Assembly: GCA_965248755.1 (NCBI GenBank)
Contig: OZ252149.1
Coordinates: forward strand, 224,001 to 288,000
Source: Candidatus Latescibacterota bacterium
GTDB lineage: Bacteria; Latescibacterota; CBDEFO01
Reading direction: 5' to 3'
DNA: 64,000 nucleotides
The translations under genes were made by a program, and so were the position numbers. The stretch's first letter is position 1; the number at the start of each line of letters is the position of its first letter. The notes below the pieces were generated by a model, which was given only the letters and a program-made list of their open reading frames with translations, was not told the DNA's origin and searched no databases. Shown piece by piece: positions 51,701 through 61,650 of the stretch.

Positions 51701-51830
51701 CCACATAACCCTTGTCCCGTTCGGCTTTGGTCCACTTGTCCTTCGCGCTCGCCTCTCCTTGTCCACGTGCACTGACCGCCACTAACCCAATTGCCAGCAG
51801 TGCAAGACCAATCATGCTACGGTGTCCCAT
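48756..51830 (-). CDS. GH123-like (DUF4091) hydrolase + HEAT repeats + GH2-type sugar-binding domain
   Basis: Signal peptide after AGGAGG SD; DEYESLQFGV, GPDEP and WEMRREGVDDYRYL; HEAT repeats; C-terminal LHFGAVDESAWLYVDG...GGLYKPV. Confidence 0.75.
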   Translation of the reverse strand: MGHRSMIGLALLAIGLVAVSARGQGEASAKDKWTKAERDKGYVVFAYSTMKNLPAGHVPRRESTVNRLTCVLATDEYESLQFGVHAIADDVEAISVNVESDLDVTVYHRILPAVKEQLALEPMDSGEVSGWIPSKILLQRGNVFPVLGAGQSVNFWLTFHADRDTKPGRHLGKVRIRTAGKSPTFVDLAITVRPFALQRPRIPYGMWCREDMLPKRFGGVSTSRETMLKIYRDMAVHGQNAGAFYPAGNFFPVAPENDHVLHKLLPLAKEAGLVDPQVSSTLIGGITGGYTREQVEEAASWLQAECREKGWPELVGFGPDEPDYPEEDIEVREACESMRGTSFRMNLDQSELSAVYGYSTYGLYDIQTVAEGVVTPEVMAEAKRLGTEMQVYSYTIWRDGFYPVRQRYFAGLHTWSMGLRGNWIWAYNHGKHRHAWFAPGSDEPQPVTGWEMRREGVDDYRYLQMLQDAVEANHEKPLAREAKSWLAGLRARLGKITQPLDVVAGKPLALAEYDEIRARAASYIQRLGPIPPAAMAPQPRRRPTDEAAPFRGKSVTACIKGLRDADASQRRAAAWALFDMGPKAAAATATLAQLLDDDDVRMPALHALEAIGPQAYPAVPQIARLLKHPDSYFRMGAVLTLARIGCPLDKRVKSGRRSPSAQAATVAGPLAGALLDEHPVVARKVATIISALGPAAKLAIPTVITMLESSNRATRASGVALITGLGQDAAGAAATLAELHAKSPGNSAVIKALAAIGPAAEMAIPALEKYAAKDDPGNEQAESYYALTCIRGGTADLWKMVNLLKNPRVTVVTKNYVVTLFDELGPRAAPVGDAVRSLTKDGKFTNTKRVSGFGKTSPAEAHYVDGADCRNLVPRLRVLARLPIDGWRFKDDPRGVGVEEGYFRPDFPSANLSEIKIAEFWDEQGFKDLREGWYRLRYKCPDLPDGKRLFLHFGAVDESAWLYVDGKLVAWYDTADPDETWSKPFLLDVSGSLKSQGEYLLAIKVHNYSGSGGLYKPVSLMVEK

Positions 51831-51920
51831 GTTAAACCTCCTAATTTCGTCAGTGAATCGTTCCTCACAATGTCTTGGTACACGCTTTAGGACTTCTCTC
51901 GAGTGCATTTCCGATGCTAG

Positions 51921-52505
51921 TCAACTTGCGTTTTGTTGACTGTATTGCCTCGCGGCATTGGTCATTGCCCGGATGTTCTCAGGGGGTGCTTCGGGGGGGA
52001 TCCCGCATCCGCCGGAGAGAAAGAAACGGCCCGAAGCCCCGAGTGCTTCGATGTTGTGCCGTGCCCACCGTGCCCATAAACGGTGATAGTCGCCGGCTGA
52101 GCTTGGCAAACCACACGCGGTCGTCGCGAATGGGTAGTTTGCGCACCACTTCAGAAAGACTCTCGGTAAGCATTGCCGTAACCGTGGTTCCCGTGAGCAG
52201 GCCGAATCTCGGCACCAAACCCGTAACCGCCCGGTCCCGAGTAATTTCGATGTCATCAATGTGCACGAGCAGGGTGTCGCCCTCCTCCTCGCCATTGACG
52301 TAGACCGGTCCTCTTTGCGGGTTCTAGTACGGATATTCACAGACCTCGGAATAACTTTGGTCTTCGCGCACCAGGCGATTCTCAAAGCAGTCCACACAGT
52401 GAATACGTACACGCTGCCCTGGCTCTACATTCGCAATCGCTTCATGGGCAGCCAAATACGTATACCCATACCGTTGGTGTTTATGAAAATCCACGATTTA
52501 GTCAC
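51921..52505 (-). pseudogene. Fused relic: acetamidase/formamidase N-terminal part + URO-D family C-terminal part
   Basis: VEPGQRVRIHCVDCF...PY*NPQRGPVYVNG...GDTLLVHIDDI with in-frame TAG at 52324-52326, then in another frame FFLSGGCGIPPEAPPENIRAM. Confidence 0.65.
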
Positions 52506-52534
52506 TCGTGCTACTGCTCCTTGCGACTCCTTCT

Positions 52535-55132
52535 TCAGTTGTACGGCAGCAACCTGAGCGGGCTTCCGCCTTCCTCAACTCTGCGGAAAAATGTCAACTC
52601 GAGTTGGCTGACCAGATCAGGTCTAGCCTTCAGAAGGGACAATCGATCCCGCACCAGGGGGGCGACCGGTGCGGCTTTGGCGCCGAGAGCGATGAGGTAC
52701 CTGACTACATCCTTCCACGCCCCCGAATTCTCCTTGTCACCCAGCAGCCCGACCATAGTTTTGAGGTCTGACTCCTCGCCACGAATGCAGAACAGGGCGT
52801 AGCATGTGTCAGCCAGGTGTGAGTTTTGCGGCGTGCGGTACCGCTCCAGGACGGAAACGGCGTCGGATGCAGCCGGTCCAATGGCTGCCAGCGCCAGCGT
52901 GACATAGCGATTTTTGGCTTTGGCAGCGGTGTAATGCTCGACTAGAAGGGGGACGGCTGCCGCGGCTGCCGGCCCCATCCCGGCCAGCGCCCGCGTCGCG
53001 GCGCCAACGTTGTCGTGCGGTTTGCCTGCGACCAGCTTCATTGCGTCGGACAGTGCCGGTGCAGCGGCCTCGCCGCAACGGGAGAGCCCGTACCCGGCTA
53101 CCCACACGATGTCCTGATGCGAATCACGCAGCGCTTGCCGCAACGCAGGTACGACTACGTGAGCATACGGCGACACATCCTCGAGTGCATATCCGTTGAA
53201 ATCTTCATCCCAGTTTCGGGGGCGGGCGATACCGGCCAGGGCGAACGTCGCGCCCTGGCGCACGACAGCATCTGGATGTGACAGCAGCGAGGCTATTTTC
53301 GCCGCCGCCGGATACGCATCGGGGCCGATCGCCTCAAGTGCGTGCAGGGCGGGAAAACGAACTTCCGGATCATCGAGCAACGGGATAAGCGCCGGCGTGG
53401 CTTTAGCGGCCTGTGGGCCCAGTTCATACAGCGCCCACGCAGCTGCCCGGCGTTTAGAAACATCAGAACCACGCAGCCCCGCGATACACCGTTTCACCGA
53501 CTTGCCGCGGAAGGCCGCAGCCTCGTCCTTCAGACCCCTACCGGTCCGCCGCTCTTTCCGGTTCACTATCGGGCCGAGCTTTTCAATGTAATCGGCCGCC
53601 GTGGCTCGAATCGCGTCATACTCCTCAATCGTCAACGGCGCGCCTGCCTCCACCTGGTGCGGCAGGATGGATTTTATCGTCAGGCGTGCCCTTAACGCCT
53701 CCACCCATGCCCCCGCCTCGATAGCTGTCGGGTCGGGTGTCTTCGCCTCGACCAGGTCCTCGACCATCTGAAGGTAGCGATAGTCGTCAACGCCTTCGCG
53801 GCGGCCCTCCCAACCCGTGTGTGGCATCGGCTCGTGGCTGTCTGGTTTCCACCAGACCTGACTGTGAACCCCGGTGCCCGCGTATACCCACAGCCAATTT
53901 CCTTCGATCCGGTGCGCCCAGGTGTGCAGTCCGACGTAGTAGCGCTGAGTAATCGGGCTGAAGCTCTGCCTCCATATACGATAGGAGTAGCTCCAGACCT
54001 CTGCACCCATCCGTTTGGCCTCGGCCTGAAACTCGGGTGTGAGCAAGCCGTCGTGTAAGGTCCACACGTCGAGAAAATCACCATAGGCGTACGCCGGCGA
54101 GATGTGACTCATATCCGCCGACACGCGAATCGGCAACGGGCGCAGGGGAGTAAAGATTTTCCGAAACCCGAGCGCTGGATACATCCCTTCATCCCGACCG
54201 AATAAGACAATCTCCGGCCAGCCGAGCCGGCGCCCCTCCTTCCCCAGCCAAGCCACTGCCGCCTTCTGCTGCGTTCGGGAAATGTCATCACCGACCATGC
54301 TGGCCACGGTTACAACGGGAATTCGCGGGCGAGTGAGCCCCGCCTTTTTGGCCAATGCGAGGGATTTCTCCACCATCCGGCTGTTTAGTGGCGGCAACTC
54401 GGTCCGGTAGTCTCCCCCACCATAGAATGTAACCGAGTTCTGCCCGTGCGCCGCCATATCCCGGTAAAACGCCAGCGCAACCTGATCCTCCAGTTCCCAG
54501 GATCCAAATCGCTTGGGTAACATATCCTCACGAAAGTACACGGCAAATACGGCTCGCGGCTCTGCCAGTTGAAAAGGCCTGACGCGCACCTGCAAGTCCA
54601 GCTCGGTCGCTGGCCGACCGTCCGGCTCAATGCGGATCTTACCCTGATGCACACCGTGAGGTGTTTCAGGATCAGCACGGAACAGCAGCCAAAAATTGAT
54701 GGATTCGCCTTTAGCAAGTTCGCCAACAACCTCTCCTCGCTGCAAATACACTTCGCTTGGCACCCGCATTAGCACCGTCGCGCCGGGTTCTGAGGCCACT
54801 TGTTGCTTGATGCCTGGATCGATGCGGTGATAGACCGTCACCTCGAGGTCAGATATCACCGTGACCCGGATGTTGGTCAAGCCACCTGCCAGCGCGTGAA
54901 CACCAATCTGAACCGGCTCGTACTCATCCCCGGCTAACGAGCATGAAACTTTCTCGGCAACGTCGCCCGGCGTGGGCACGTGCGAAGGCGGCAGGTTCTT
55001 AAGCGTGCTGTAATTAAAGACAACGTAACCCTTGTCTCGATCCACTTTCATCCACTCCATGGGCCCACAGGCATTGAGAGCCGTTAATCCAACGGCCAGC
55101 AATGTATAGGCAACTATGCTGCGTTTTCTCAT
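52535..55132 (-). CDS. GH123-like (DUF4091) hydrolase + HEAT repeats, signal peptide intact
   Basis: MRKRSIVAYTLLAVG signal; GRDEG and WEGRREGVDDYRYL; ALAAIGPAA HEAT repeats. Confidence 0.8.
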   Translation of the reverse strand: MRKRSIVAYTLLAVGLTALNACGPMEWMKVDRDKGYVVFNYSTLKNLPPSHVPTPGDVAEKVSCSLAGDEYEPVQIGVHALAGGLTNIRVTVISDLEVTVYHRIDPGIKQQVASEPGATVLMRVPSEVYLQRGEVVGELAKGESINFWLLFRADPETPHGVHQGKIRIEPDGRPATELDLQVRVRPFQLAEPRAVFAVYFREDMLPKRFGSWELEDQVALAFYRDMAAHGQNSVTFYGGGDYRTELPPLNSRMVEKSLALAKKAGLTRPRIPVVTVASMVGDDISRTQQKAAVAWLGKEGRRLGWPEIVLFGRDEGMYPALGFRKIFTPLRPLPIRVSADMSHISPAYAYGDFLDVWTLHDGLLTPEFQAEAKRMGAEVWSYSYRIWRQSFSPITQRYYVGLHTWAHRIEGNWLWVYAGTGVHSQVWWKPDSHEPMPHTGWEGRREGVDDYRYLQMVEDLVEAKTPDPTAIEAGAWVEALRARLTIKSILPHQVEAGAPLTIEEYDAIRATAADYIEKLGPIVNRKERRTGRGLKDEAAAFRGKSVKRCIAGLRGSDVSKRRAAAWALYELGPQAAKATPALIPLLDDPEVRFPALHALEAIGPDAYPAAAKIASLLSHPDAVVRQGATFALAGIARPRNWDEDFNGYALEDVSPYAHVVVPALRQALRDSHQDIVWVAGYGLSRCGEAAAPALSDAMKLVAGKPHDNVGAATRALAGMGPAAAAAVPLLVEHYTAAKAKNRYVTLALAAIGPAASDAVSVLERYRTPQNSHLADTCYALFCIRGEESDLKTMVGLLGDKENSGAWKDVVRYLIALGAKAAPVAPLVRDRLSLLKARPDLVSQLELTFFRRVEEGGSPLRLLPYN

Positions 55133-55342
55133 GTTCCATCTCCTTCCAGCGAGTTAAGATCCGAATTGTCCGCACGCTGCGACCGGACAACACGCTTGCC
55201 CAGATGTGGGCCCTTTATCCCAATATCCACCTGATGATCCGGTTTGTTAGGCCGGGGCATGAGTTCACCTTCAAAACAAGAGCTGTCAGTTACCTCCCAA
55301 CCACAGGTGCTAGAGCCTCCCCTGGAAGTTTCGTATAAGCTT

Positions 55343-56047
55343 GACGTCGAAGACCCGTCGTCCGGGTACGGTCACTTTGACCTCGCCGGCCTCGACCCAG
55401 GGGATAAACGGCGCCAGGATTGTCCACTCCACCAAGCCCATAACCAGCATCTATGCCGGCACAATCAAAATTCGACCCTGAACGCCGGGCAGCAATGGGC
55501 ACGCCGAACGCTATTGGCTCTGATCTCTTTATTCGTCTCGAATGATATGGAAACAACTGGCCAACCGTACAGGAGCTGATAGAGGTTTTTTATGCAAGCC
55601 ATTGCCTATCTTGACGGGCAGTTGACGGCAATTCGGTCAAATAGACCGTCCCGTCTGATTCGGCCAGCGGTTCCAAAGCGACATCAGGACTACCACCTGA
55701 AAGAAACACCCGGCACCTCTCCCCTTTTCACTTTGTCAAGGAAAGACTCCAGGTCCTCTTCCCAATCGGAAAACTTCCCCGACTCGACCATCTGGCGGAT
55801 CTCATCGGCAACAGGTTCCGCCTTTGCTCCCAGTTCATTGAGGAGCTTTACAACTCGCTTCTTCGTCTCGGTGTCCTCATCCGCGTCCTTTAGCAACTCG
55901 ACCATTTTCCGGAGGTCGGAAACCTCATTCCGGATGCAGAAAAGCGCATAGTATGAGTCTGCCCGATTAGGACCGGAGTCCTCCTTTACGGCGTATTCTT
56001 CCAGAGCCGGAATGGCCGATTTGGCGGCCGGGCCAATGGCTGCCAGC
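55343..56047. repeat. Direct repeat copy 1 (gene 3' end + spacer), paired with 58275-59046
   Basis: Near-identical DNA including the intergenic relic; this copy lacks about 66 bp between the TCGTCCGG/TCGTCTGG microhomologies. Confidence 0.9.
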
Positions 56048-58233
56048 GTCCAGGTTACGGGACGATCTTTACCTTTGGCGGCCGCGTAAGATTCGACTAG
56101 AAGGGGGACGGCTGCCGCTGCTGCCGGACCCATCCCACACAGCACCCGCAGCCCGGCCGCGCGGTTGTCGCTTGTTTCCTGGGCCATCTTCATTGCGTCG
56201 CGCAGTGTCGGCGCGGCGGCCTCTCCGCAACGGGACAGCCCATACGCAGCAATCCACACGACATCCTGATGCACATCACGTAGCGCTTGCCGCAACGGCG
56301 GTACAACCGTCTGAGCATAAGGCGACACATCCTCGGGTGCGTATCCGTTCACATCCTCATCCCAGTTTCGTGGGCGGGCGATGCCGGCCAGGGCGAAAGT
56401 CGCGCCCAGGCGCACGAAAGCATCAGGATGTGACAGAAGCGAGGCTATGTTCGGCGCCGCTGGATACGCATCGGGGCCGATCGCCTCGAGTGCGTGCAGG
56501 GCGGGAAAGCGCACTTCCGGATCATCGAGCAACGGGATAAGTGTCGGTGTCGCTTGAGCGGCCTTGGGGCCCAGTTCATACAACGCCCACGCCGCCGCCC
56601 GGCGTTTAGAAACATCAGAACCATTCAGTCCCGCGACACACTGTTCCAGCGACTTGCCGCGGAAGGCCGCAGCCTCGTCCTTCAGACCCCTACCGATCCG
56701 CCGCTCTTTCCTCTCCACTATCGGGCCGAGCTTTTCAATGTAATCGGCCGCCGTGGCTCGAATCGCGTCATATTCCTCGACGTCCAGGGGCTTGCCTGCC
56801 ACCACCTCGTGCGGATCGATGGCCGTGAGCGTGAAGCGTGCCCTCAGCGCCTCCAGCCATGCCCCCGCCTCGATGGCTGTCGGGTCGGGTGTCTTCGCCT
56901 CGACCAGGTCCTCGACCATCTGCAGGTAGCGATAGTCGTCAACTCCTTCGCGGCGGCCCTCCCAACCCGTATGGGGCATCGGCTCGAGGCTGTCCGGTTT
57001 CCACCAGACCTGACTGTGACGCACATGAGTGTATCCCCACAGCCAATTGCCTTCGATCCGGTGCGCCCAGGTGTGCAGTCCGACGTAGTAGCGCTGAGTA
57101 ACCGGGCTGAAGTTCTCCCTCCATATGCGATAGGAGTAGCTCCAGACCTCTGCACCCATCCGTTTGGCTTCGGCCTGCAACTCGGGTGTGAGCAAGCCGT
57201 CGTGCACAGTCCACACGTCGTGAATACCACCATACGCGTGCGCCACCGAGATGTGACTCATGTCCGTCGAGAGGCGAATCGGCAACGGGCGCAGGGGAGC
57301 ATAGGTTTCCCTCATCCCGAGCGCTGGATACATCCCTTCATCCCGGCCGAATAAGACAATCTCCGGCCAGCCGAGCCGGCGCCCCTCCTTCCCCAGCCAG
57401 GCCACCGCCGCCTTCTGCTGCGTTCGGGAAATGTCATCACCGACCATGCTGGCCACGGTTACAACGGGAATTCGCGGGCGAGTGAGCCCCGCCTCTTGGG
57501 CTAGTGCGAGGGACTTCTCCACCATCCGGCTGTTTAGTGGCGGCAACTGGGTACGGTAGTCTCCCCCACCATAAAATGTAACCGAGTTCTGCCCGTGCGC
57601 CGCCATATCACGGTAAATCGCCAGCGCCACCTGATCCTCCACGTCCCAGGTCCCAAAGCGCTTGGGCAGCATGTCCTCACGAAAGTACACGGCAAATACG
57701 GCTCGCGGCTCTGCCAGTTGAAACGGCCTGACACGCACCCGCAGGTCCAGCTCGGTCGCTGCCCGATCGTCCGGCTCAATGCGGATCTTACCCTGATGCA
57801 CCCCGGGAGGTGTGTCAGGATCAGCACGGAACAGCAGCCAAAAATTGATGGATTGCCCTTCAGCAAGTTCGCCAACAACCTCTCCTCGCTGCAGATACAC
57901 CTCGCTTGGCACCAACTCCTGCACCACCGACTCGGGTTCTGCAGCCAGCTGTTTCCTGAGGCCTGGATCAATGCGGCGATAGACCGTCACCTCGAGATCC
58001 GATGCCACCTTGACCCGAATGTTGGTCAAGCCATCGGCCAGCGCGTGAACACCAATCTGAACCGGCTCGTACTCATCCCCGGCTAAGGTGCATGAAACCT
58101 GCTTGGCAACGTCGCCCGGCGTGGGCACGTGCGAAGGCGGCAGGTTCTTAAGCGTGCTGTAATTAAAGACAACGTAACCCTTGTCTCGATCCACTTTCAT
58201 CCACTCCATGTGTGCACCTGAATTATCCTTCAT
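55690..58233 (-). CDS. Chimeric GH123-like + HEAT repeat protein, no signal peptide
   Basis: Body resembles 52535-55132; the last about 115 aa resemble 58687-61224. Confidence 0.8.
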   Translation of the reverse strand: MKDNSGAHMEWMKVDRDKGYVVFNYSTLKNLPPSHVPTPGDVAKQVSCTLAGDEYEPVQIGVHALADGLTNIRVKVASDLEVTVYRRIDPGLRKQLAAEPESVVQELVPSEVYLQRGEVVGELAEGQSINFWLLFRADPDTPPGVHQGKIRIEPDDRAATELDLRVRVRPFQLAEPRAVFAVYFREDMLPKRFGTWDVEDQVALAIYRDMAAHGQNSVTFYGGGDYRTQLPPLNSRMVEKSLALAQEAGLTRPRIPVVTVASMVGDDISRTQQKAAVAWLGKEGRRLGWPEIVLFGRDEGMYPALGMRETYAPLRPLPIRLSTDMSHISVAHAYGGIHDVWTVHDGLLTPELQAEAKRMGAEVWSYSYRIWRENFSPVTQRYYVGLHTWAHRIEGNWLWGYTHVRHSQVWWKPDSLEPMPHTGWEGRREGVDDYRYLQMVEDLVEAKTPDPTAIEAGAWLEALRARFTLTAIDPHEVVAGKPLDVEEYDAIRATAADYIEKLGPIVERKERRIGRGLKDEAAAFRGKSLEQCVAGLNGSDVSKRRAAAWALYELGPKAAQATPTLIPLLDDPEVRFPALHALEAIGPDAYPAAPNIASLLSHPDAFVRLGATFALAGIARPRNWDEDVNGYAPEDVSPYAQTVVPPLRQALRDVHQDVVWIAAYGLSRCGEAAAPTLRDAMKMAQETSDNRAAGLRVLCGMGPAAAAAVPLLVESYAAAKGKDRPVTWTLAAIGPAAKSAIPALEEYAVKEDSGPNRADSYYALFCIRNEVSDLRKMVELLKDADEDTETKKRVVKLLNELGAKAEPVADEIRQMVESGKFSDWEEDLESFLDKVKRGEVPGVSFRW

Positions 58234-58274
58234 GTTAGCTTCCCCCTCCGTTGACATTGAGAGCCGTTAATCCA

Positions 58275-59046
58275 GACGTCGAAGGCCCGTCGTCCGGCAT
58301 CCAGGCGAGCCACTACCTTGTTGGTGAAGAGATCAATTACCTCCAGATTCTCTCGTCTGGGTACGGTCACTTTCATCTCACCGGCCTCCGCCAAGGCGAC
58401 AAACAGCGCCAGGATCGCCCACGCCACCAAGCCCATAACCAGCAGCCATGCCGGCACAATCAAAATTTGACCCTGAACGCCGGACAGCAATGGGCATGCC
58501 GAATGCTATTGGCCCTGATCTCTTTGTTAACCTCCAATGATATGGAAATAACTGACCAACCGCACAGGAGCTGATAGAGGTTTTTTATGCAAGCCATTGC
58601 CTATCTTGACGGGGCAGTTGACGGCAATACGGTCAAATAGAACCGTACCGTCTGATTCGGCCAGCGGTTCCAAAGTGACATCAGGACTACCACATGAAAG
58701 AAACACCCGGCACCTCTCCCCTTTTCACTTTGTCAAGGAAAGACTCCAGGTCCTCTCCCCAATCGGAAAACTTCCCCGACTCGACCATCTGGCGGATCTC
58801 ATCGGCAACAGGTTCCGCCTTTGCTCCCAGTTCATTGAGGAGCTTTACAACTCGCTTCTTCGTCTCGGTGTCCTCATCCGCGTCCTTTAGCAACTCGACC
58901 ATTTTCCGAAGGTCGGAAAGCTCATTCCGGATACAGAAAAGCGCATAGTATGAGTCTGCCCGGTTAGGACCGGAGTCCTCCTTTGCAGCGTATTCTTCCA
59001 GAGCCGTAATGGCCGATTTGGCAGCCGGACCGATAGCAGCCAGCGC
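58275..59046. repeat. Direct repeat copy 2
   Basis: Matches 55343-56047. Confidence 0.9.
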
Positions 59047-61224
59047 GTTAATGTACCTGATGTCCTCAGATTTGTTCTTGTGCATTTCGATGAGCTTTGG
59101 CACTGTTGCGGCGGCATCCGGACCCAGTCCAGTAATCAGGCCGATTGCTGCGCTTTGACGCGTGTGAGAAGGGTCATCGAGCATTGTGATCGCCTGCGGC
59201 AGAGCGGGCCTGGCAAGATTCCCCATGACGGAGAGCATTCCCGCCGCCTGGGATGACAGCGATGCATTATCATCCCGGTAGGCGACCATCAGCGGTTCGG
59301 CGACGATCGCGGCCCATTCCGAAGGCGATCTGCGCCCGCTGCGGTCGCGTTTATCCAACGGGCACCCGATCTCACCTAGAGCTAATATAGCACCCAGACG
59401 CACGTAGAAATCGGGATGATTCAGCAGCCGTACTATCTTGGGCACGGCCCGATATGCCTCCGGACCGATGTGCTCAAGTGCGTGCAGGGCGGGTATTCGC
59501 ACCTCGGGATCATCAAGCAACCGGGCCAGCGGCTCTGCGGCCTGCGCCGCTTTCGGTCCTAGCTCAAAAAGGGCCCAGGCAGCAGCGCGACGTTCTGACA
59601 CATCCGAACTGGCCAGACCGGCGATACACTGTCTCACCGACTTACCCCGGTAAGATGCTGCCTCATCCTTGGCGTGCGATATCGGCGGACGAGACACAGC
59701 CTCGTTTGGAACAGGGCCCAGTCGTTGGATATAGTCGGCCGCCCTGGCTCGAATCTGGTCGTATTCATCAAGCTCCAGAGGCTTGCCGGCCTCCACTTCG
59801 TTGGGAACGGTGGCCGAAAGACGGACCCTCAGGGCCTGCAGCCACGCCGCTGCTTCAATCGCCAGTGTCTCGTCTGGATTGGCCGCAACGCAGTCCTCGA
59901 CCATCTGCAGGTATCGGTAGTCATCAATCCCTTCCCGCCGGGCCTCCCAGGCAGTAACGGGCATCGGCTCGTGACTCTCAGGCGTAAACCAGACATGCCG
60001 GTGATGCCCGTGGTGATACGCCCAGACCCAATTGCCCCCGAGCTGGTATGTCCAGGTGTAAAGCCCCGCAAAGTAGCGCTGGCTGAAAGGATAGAAATGC
60101 TCTCGCCATATGCGGTACGAATACGTCCAGATCTCTGTTCCCACACGTCTCGCCTCGTCCAGCATCTCAGGCGAGATCATTCCATCCATCACGTTCTGGA
60201 TGTCGCAAAGATCGCCGCCATACCCGTATGCCGACGTTCCAGACAGATCCACGACCACCCGCATGGGAAAGCCGCGCAGATTCCTCAACTCTCTGCTGAC
60301 CGCATCATAGTCCCGCGGGTAACTCGGCTCGTCCGTGCCAAATACAATCAACTCAGGCCATCCCCGTTGCCTTCGCTCTGCTTCCAACCAGGCAGCCGCT
60401 GCCTTCAGTTCCTCATCATTGAGGCCCCCGGGAATTCCGCCTGCGATCAAGCTGGGCACTTCCGGGTCAAGGAGGCCGGCCTGCTGGGCCAGCGGGATCA
60501 GCTTGTCAAGCGCATAGTTGTTCCTGGGCGGCAAGTCGCTAAAGCTTCCCAACGGATAGAACCAACTGGAATTGTGGCCGTGCTCCGCCATGTCCCGGTA
60601 CATGGCCAGTACCGATTCCTTCGGCGTCGCCAGGCCCCCAAAACGTTTCGGCAGCATGTCTTCTCGAAAGTACACGCCAAAAGGCACTCTGGGGCGCTGA
60701 AGCTGGAACGGCCGCACCTTCACCTCGAGACCCAGCACAGTCCCCCGCCTGCCCGCAGCCTCTATCCGAACCTTCCCCCGGTGCAGGCCCTCTGTCGTCT
60801 CGGCATCCGCCCTGAACGTAAGCCAGAAGTTGACGCTCTCACCTGTCGGAAGCTCTTCAAACACGTTCCCTCGCTGCAGATGTATCTGACTTGGTGTCCG
60901 CCGTGCAATCTCATCCATCTCCGCTGGTTCGGATGCCAGTTGCTCTTTGACACGCGGGCTGATCCGGTGATAAACTGTCACTTTTAGATCTGACTCCACC
61001 TTCACCTGTATATCTTTGATGTCGTCCGACAGCGCGTGCACGCCGAACTGAATAGACTCGTACTCATCCCTGGCTAAAGCGCACGAAACCTTCTCCGCAA
61101 CGTCACCCGGCGTGGGTACGTGCGAAGGCGGAAGGTTCTTAAGCGTACCGTAATTGAATACTACGTAGCCCTTGTCTCGATCCAGTTTCATCCACTCCAT
61201 GGGTGCACCTGAATTATCCTGCAT
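58687..61224 (-). CDS. GH123-like + HEAT repeat protein; signal peptide cut off by an in-frame TAA
   Basis: GTDEP and WEARREGIDDYRYL motifs; the in-frame upstream ATG at 61308 encodes MRKRSIVAYTVLAVG... and ends in TAA at 61231-61233. Confidence 0.8.
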   Translation of the reverse strand: MQDNSGAPMEWMKLDRDKGYVVFNYGTLKNLPPSHVPTPGDVAEKVSCALARDEYESIQFGVHALSDDIKDIQVKVESDLKVTVYHRISPRVKEQLASEPAEMDEIARRTPSQIHLQRGNVFEELPTGESVNFWLTFRADAETTEGLHRGKVRIEAAGRRGTVLGLEVKVRPFQLQRPRVPFGVYFREDMLPKRFGGLATPKESVLAMYRDMAEHGHNSSWFYPLGSFSDLPPRNNYALDKLIPLAQQAGLLDPEVPSLIAGGIPGGLNDEELKAAAAWLEAERRQRGWPELIVFGTDEPSYPRDYDAVSRELRNLRGFPMRVVVDLSGTSAYGYGGDLCDIQNVMDGMISPEMLDEARRVGTEIWTYSYRIWREHFYPFSQRYFAGLYTWTYQLGGNWVWAYHHGHHRHVWFTPESHEPMPVTAWEARREGIDDYRYLQMVEDCVAANPDETLAIEAAAWLQALRVRLSATVPNEVEAGKPLELDEYDQIRARAADYIQRLGPVPNEAVSRPPISHAKDEAASYRGKSVRQCIAGLASSDVSERRAAAWALFELGPKAAQAAEPLARLLDDPEVRIPALHALEHIGPEAYRAVPKIVRLLNHPDFYVRLGAILALGEIGCPLDKRDRSGRRSPSEWAAIVAEPLMVAYRDDNASLSSQAAGMLSVMGNLARPALPQAITMLDDPSHTRQSAAIGLITGLGPDAAATVPKLIEMHKNKSEDIRYINALAAIGPAAKSAITALEEYAAKEDSGPNRADSYYALFCIRNELSDLRKMVELLKDADEDTETKKRVVKLLNELGAKAEPVADEIRQMVESGKFSDWGEDLESFLDKVKRGEVPGVSFMW

Positions 61225-61650
61225 GTTAGCTTACCCCTCTCTATTGACATCAAGAGCTATTAATCCGACGGCTAGGACCGTATAGGCAACTATGCTGCGT
61301 TTTCTCATGTTTCATTTCCTTCCAGTGAGTTAAGATCCGAGTTGTCCGCCTGCCGCGACCGGCCAATTGGCTTCTCCAGATGTGGGCCCTTTATTCCAAT
61401 ATCCACCTGATGAGCCGGGCTTCTCGGGCTGGGATAGAGGAACGGCGGTAGAGTTTACTATCGTGGTTTCCGGCTTCAAAAACATAGATAGAATAGTGAA
61501 GGACTGAAGGGTTTAAACCCTTAGACAGTAACTTTTTCAAAAACATTTTTTCTTTTTTCTGGAAAAGTTCATAGAAAACCCTTCATCTCTTCAGTCTCCC
61601 TGGACAAAAAAACGTAATAGCCAGGTAACGTTTTCTCAAGGGAGGAAAAA

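Noticed and set aside
55690..59046. Near-identical 3' ends as a DGR template/variable repeat pair
   Set aside because: No reverse transcriptase in the window; differences do not appear adenine-specific; the spacer is duplicated too.
59674..60987. 437-aa + strand ORF (also 56494-57354, 38680-39468, 50409-51041)
   Set aside because: Antisense shadows of well-supported GC-rich genes; no recognisable motifs.
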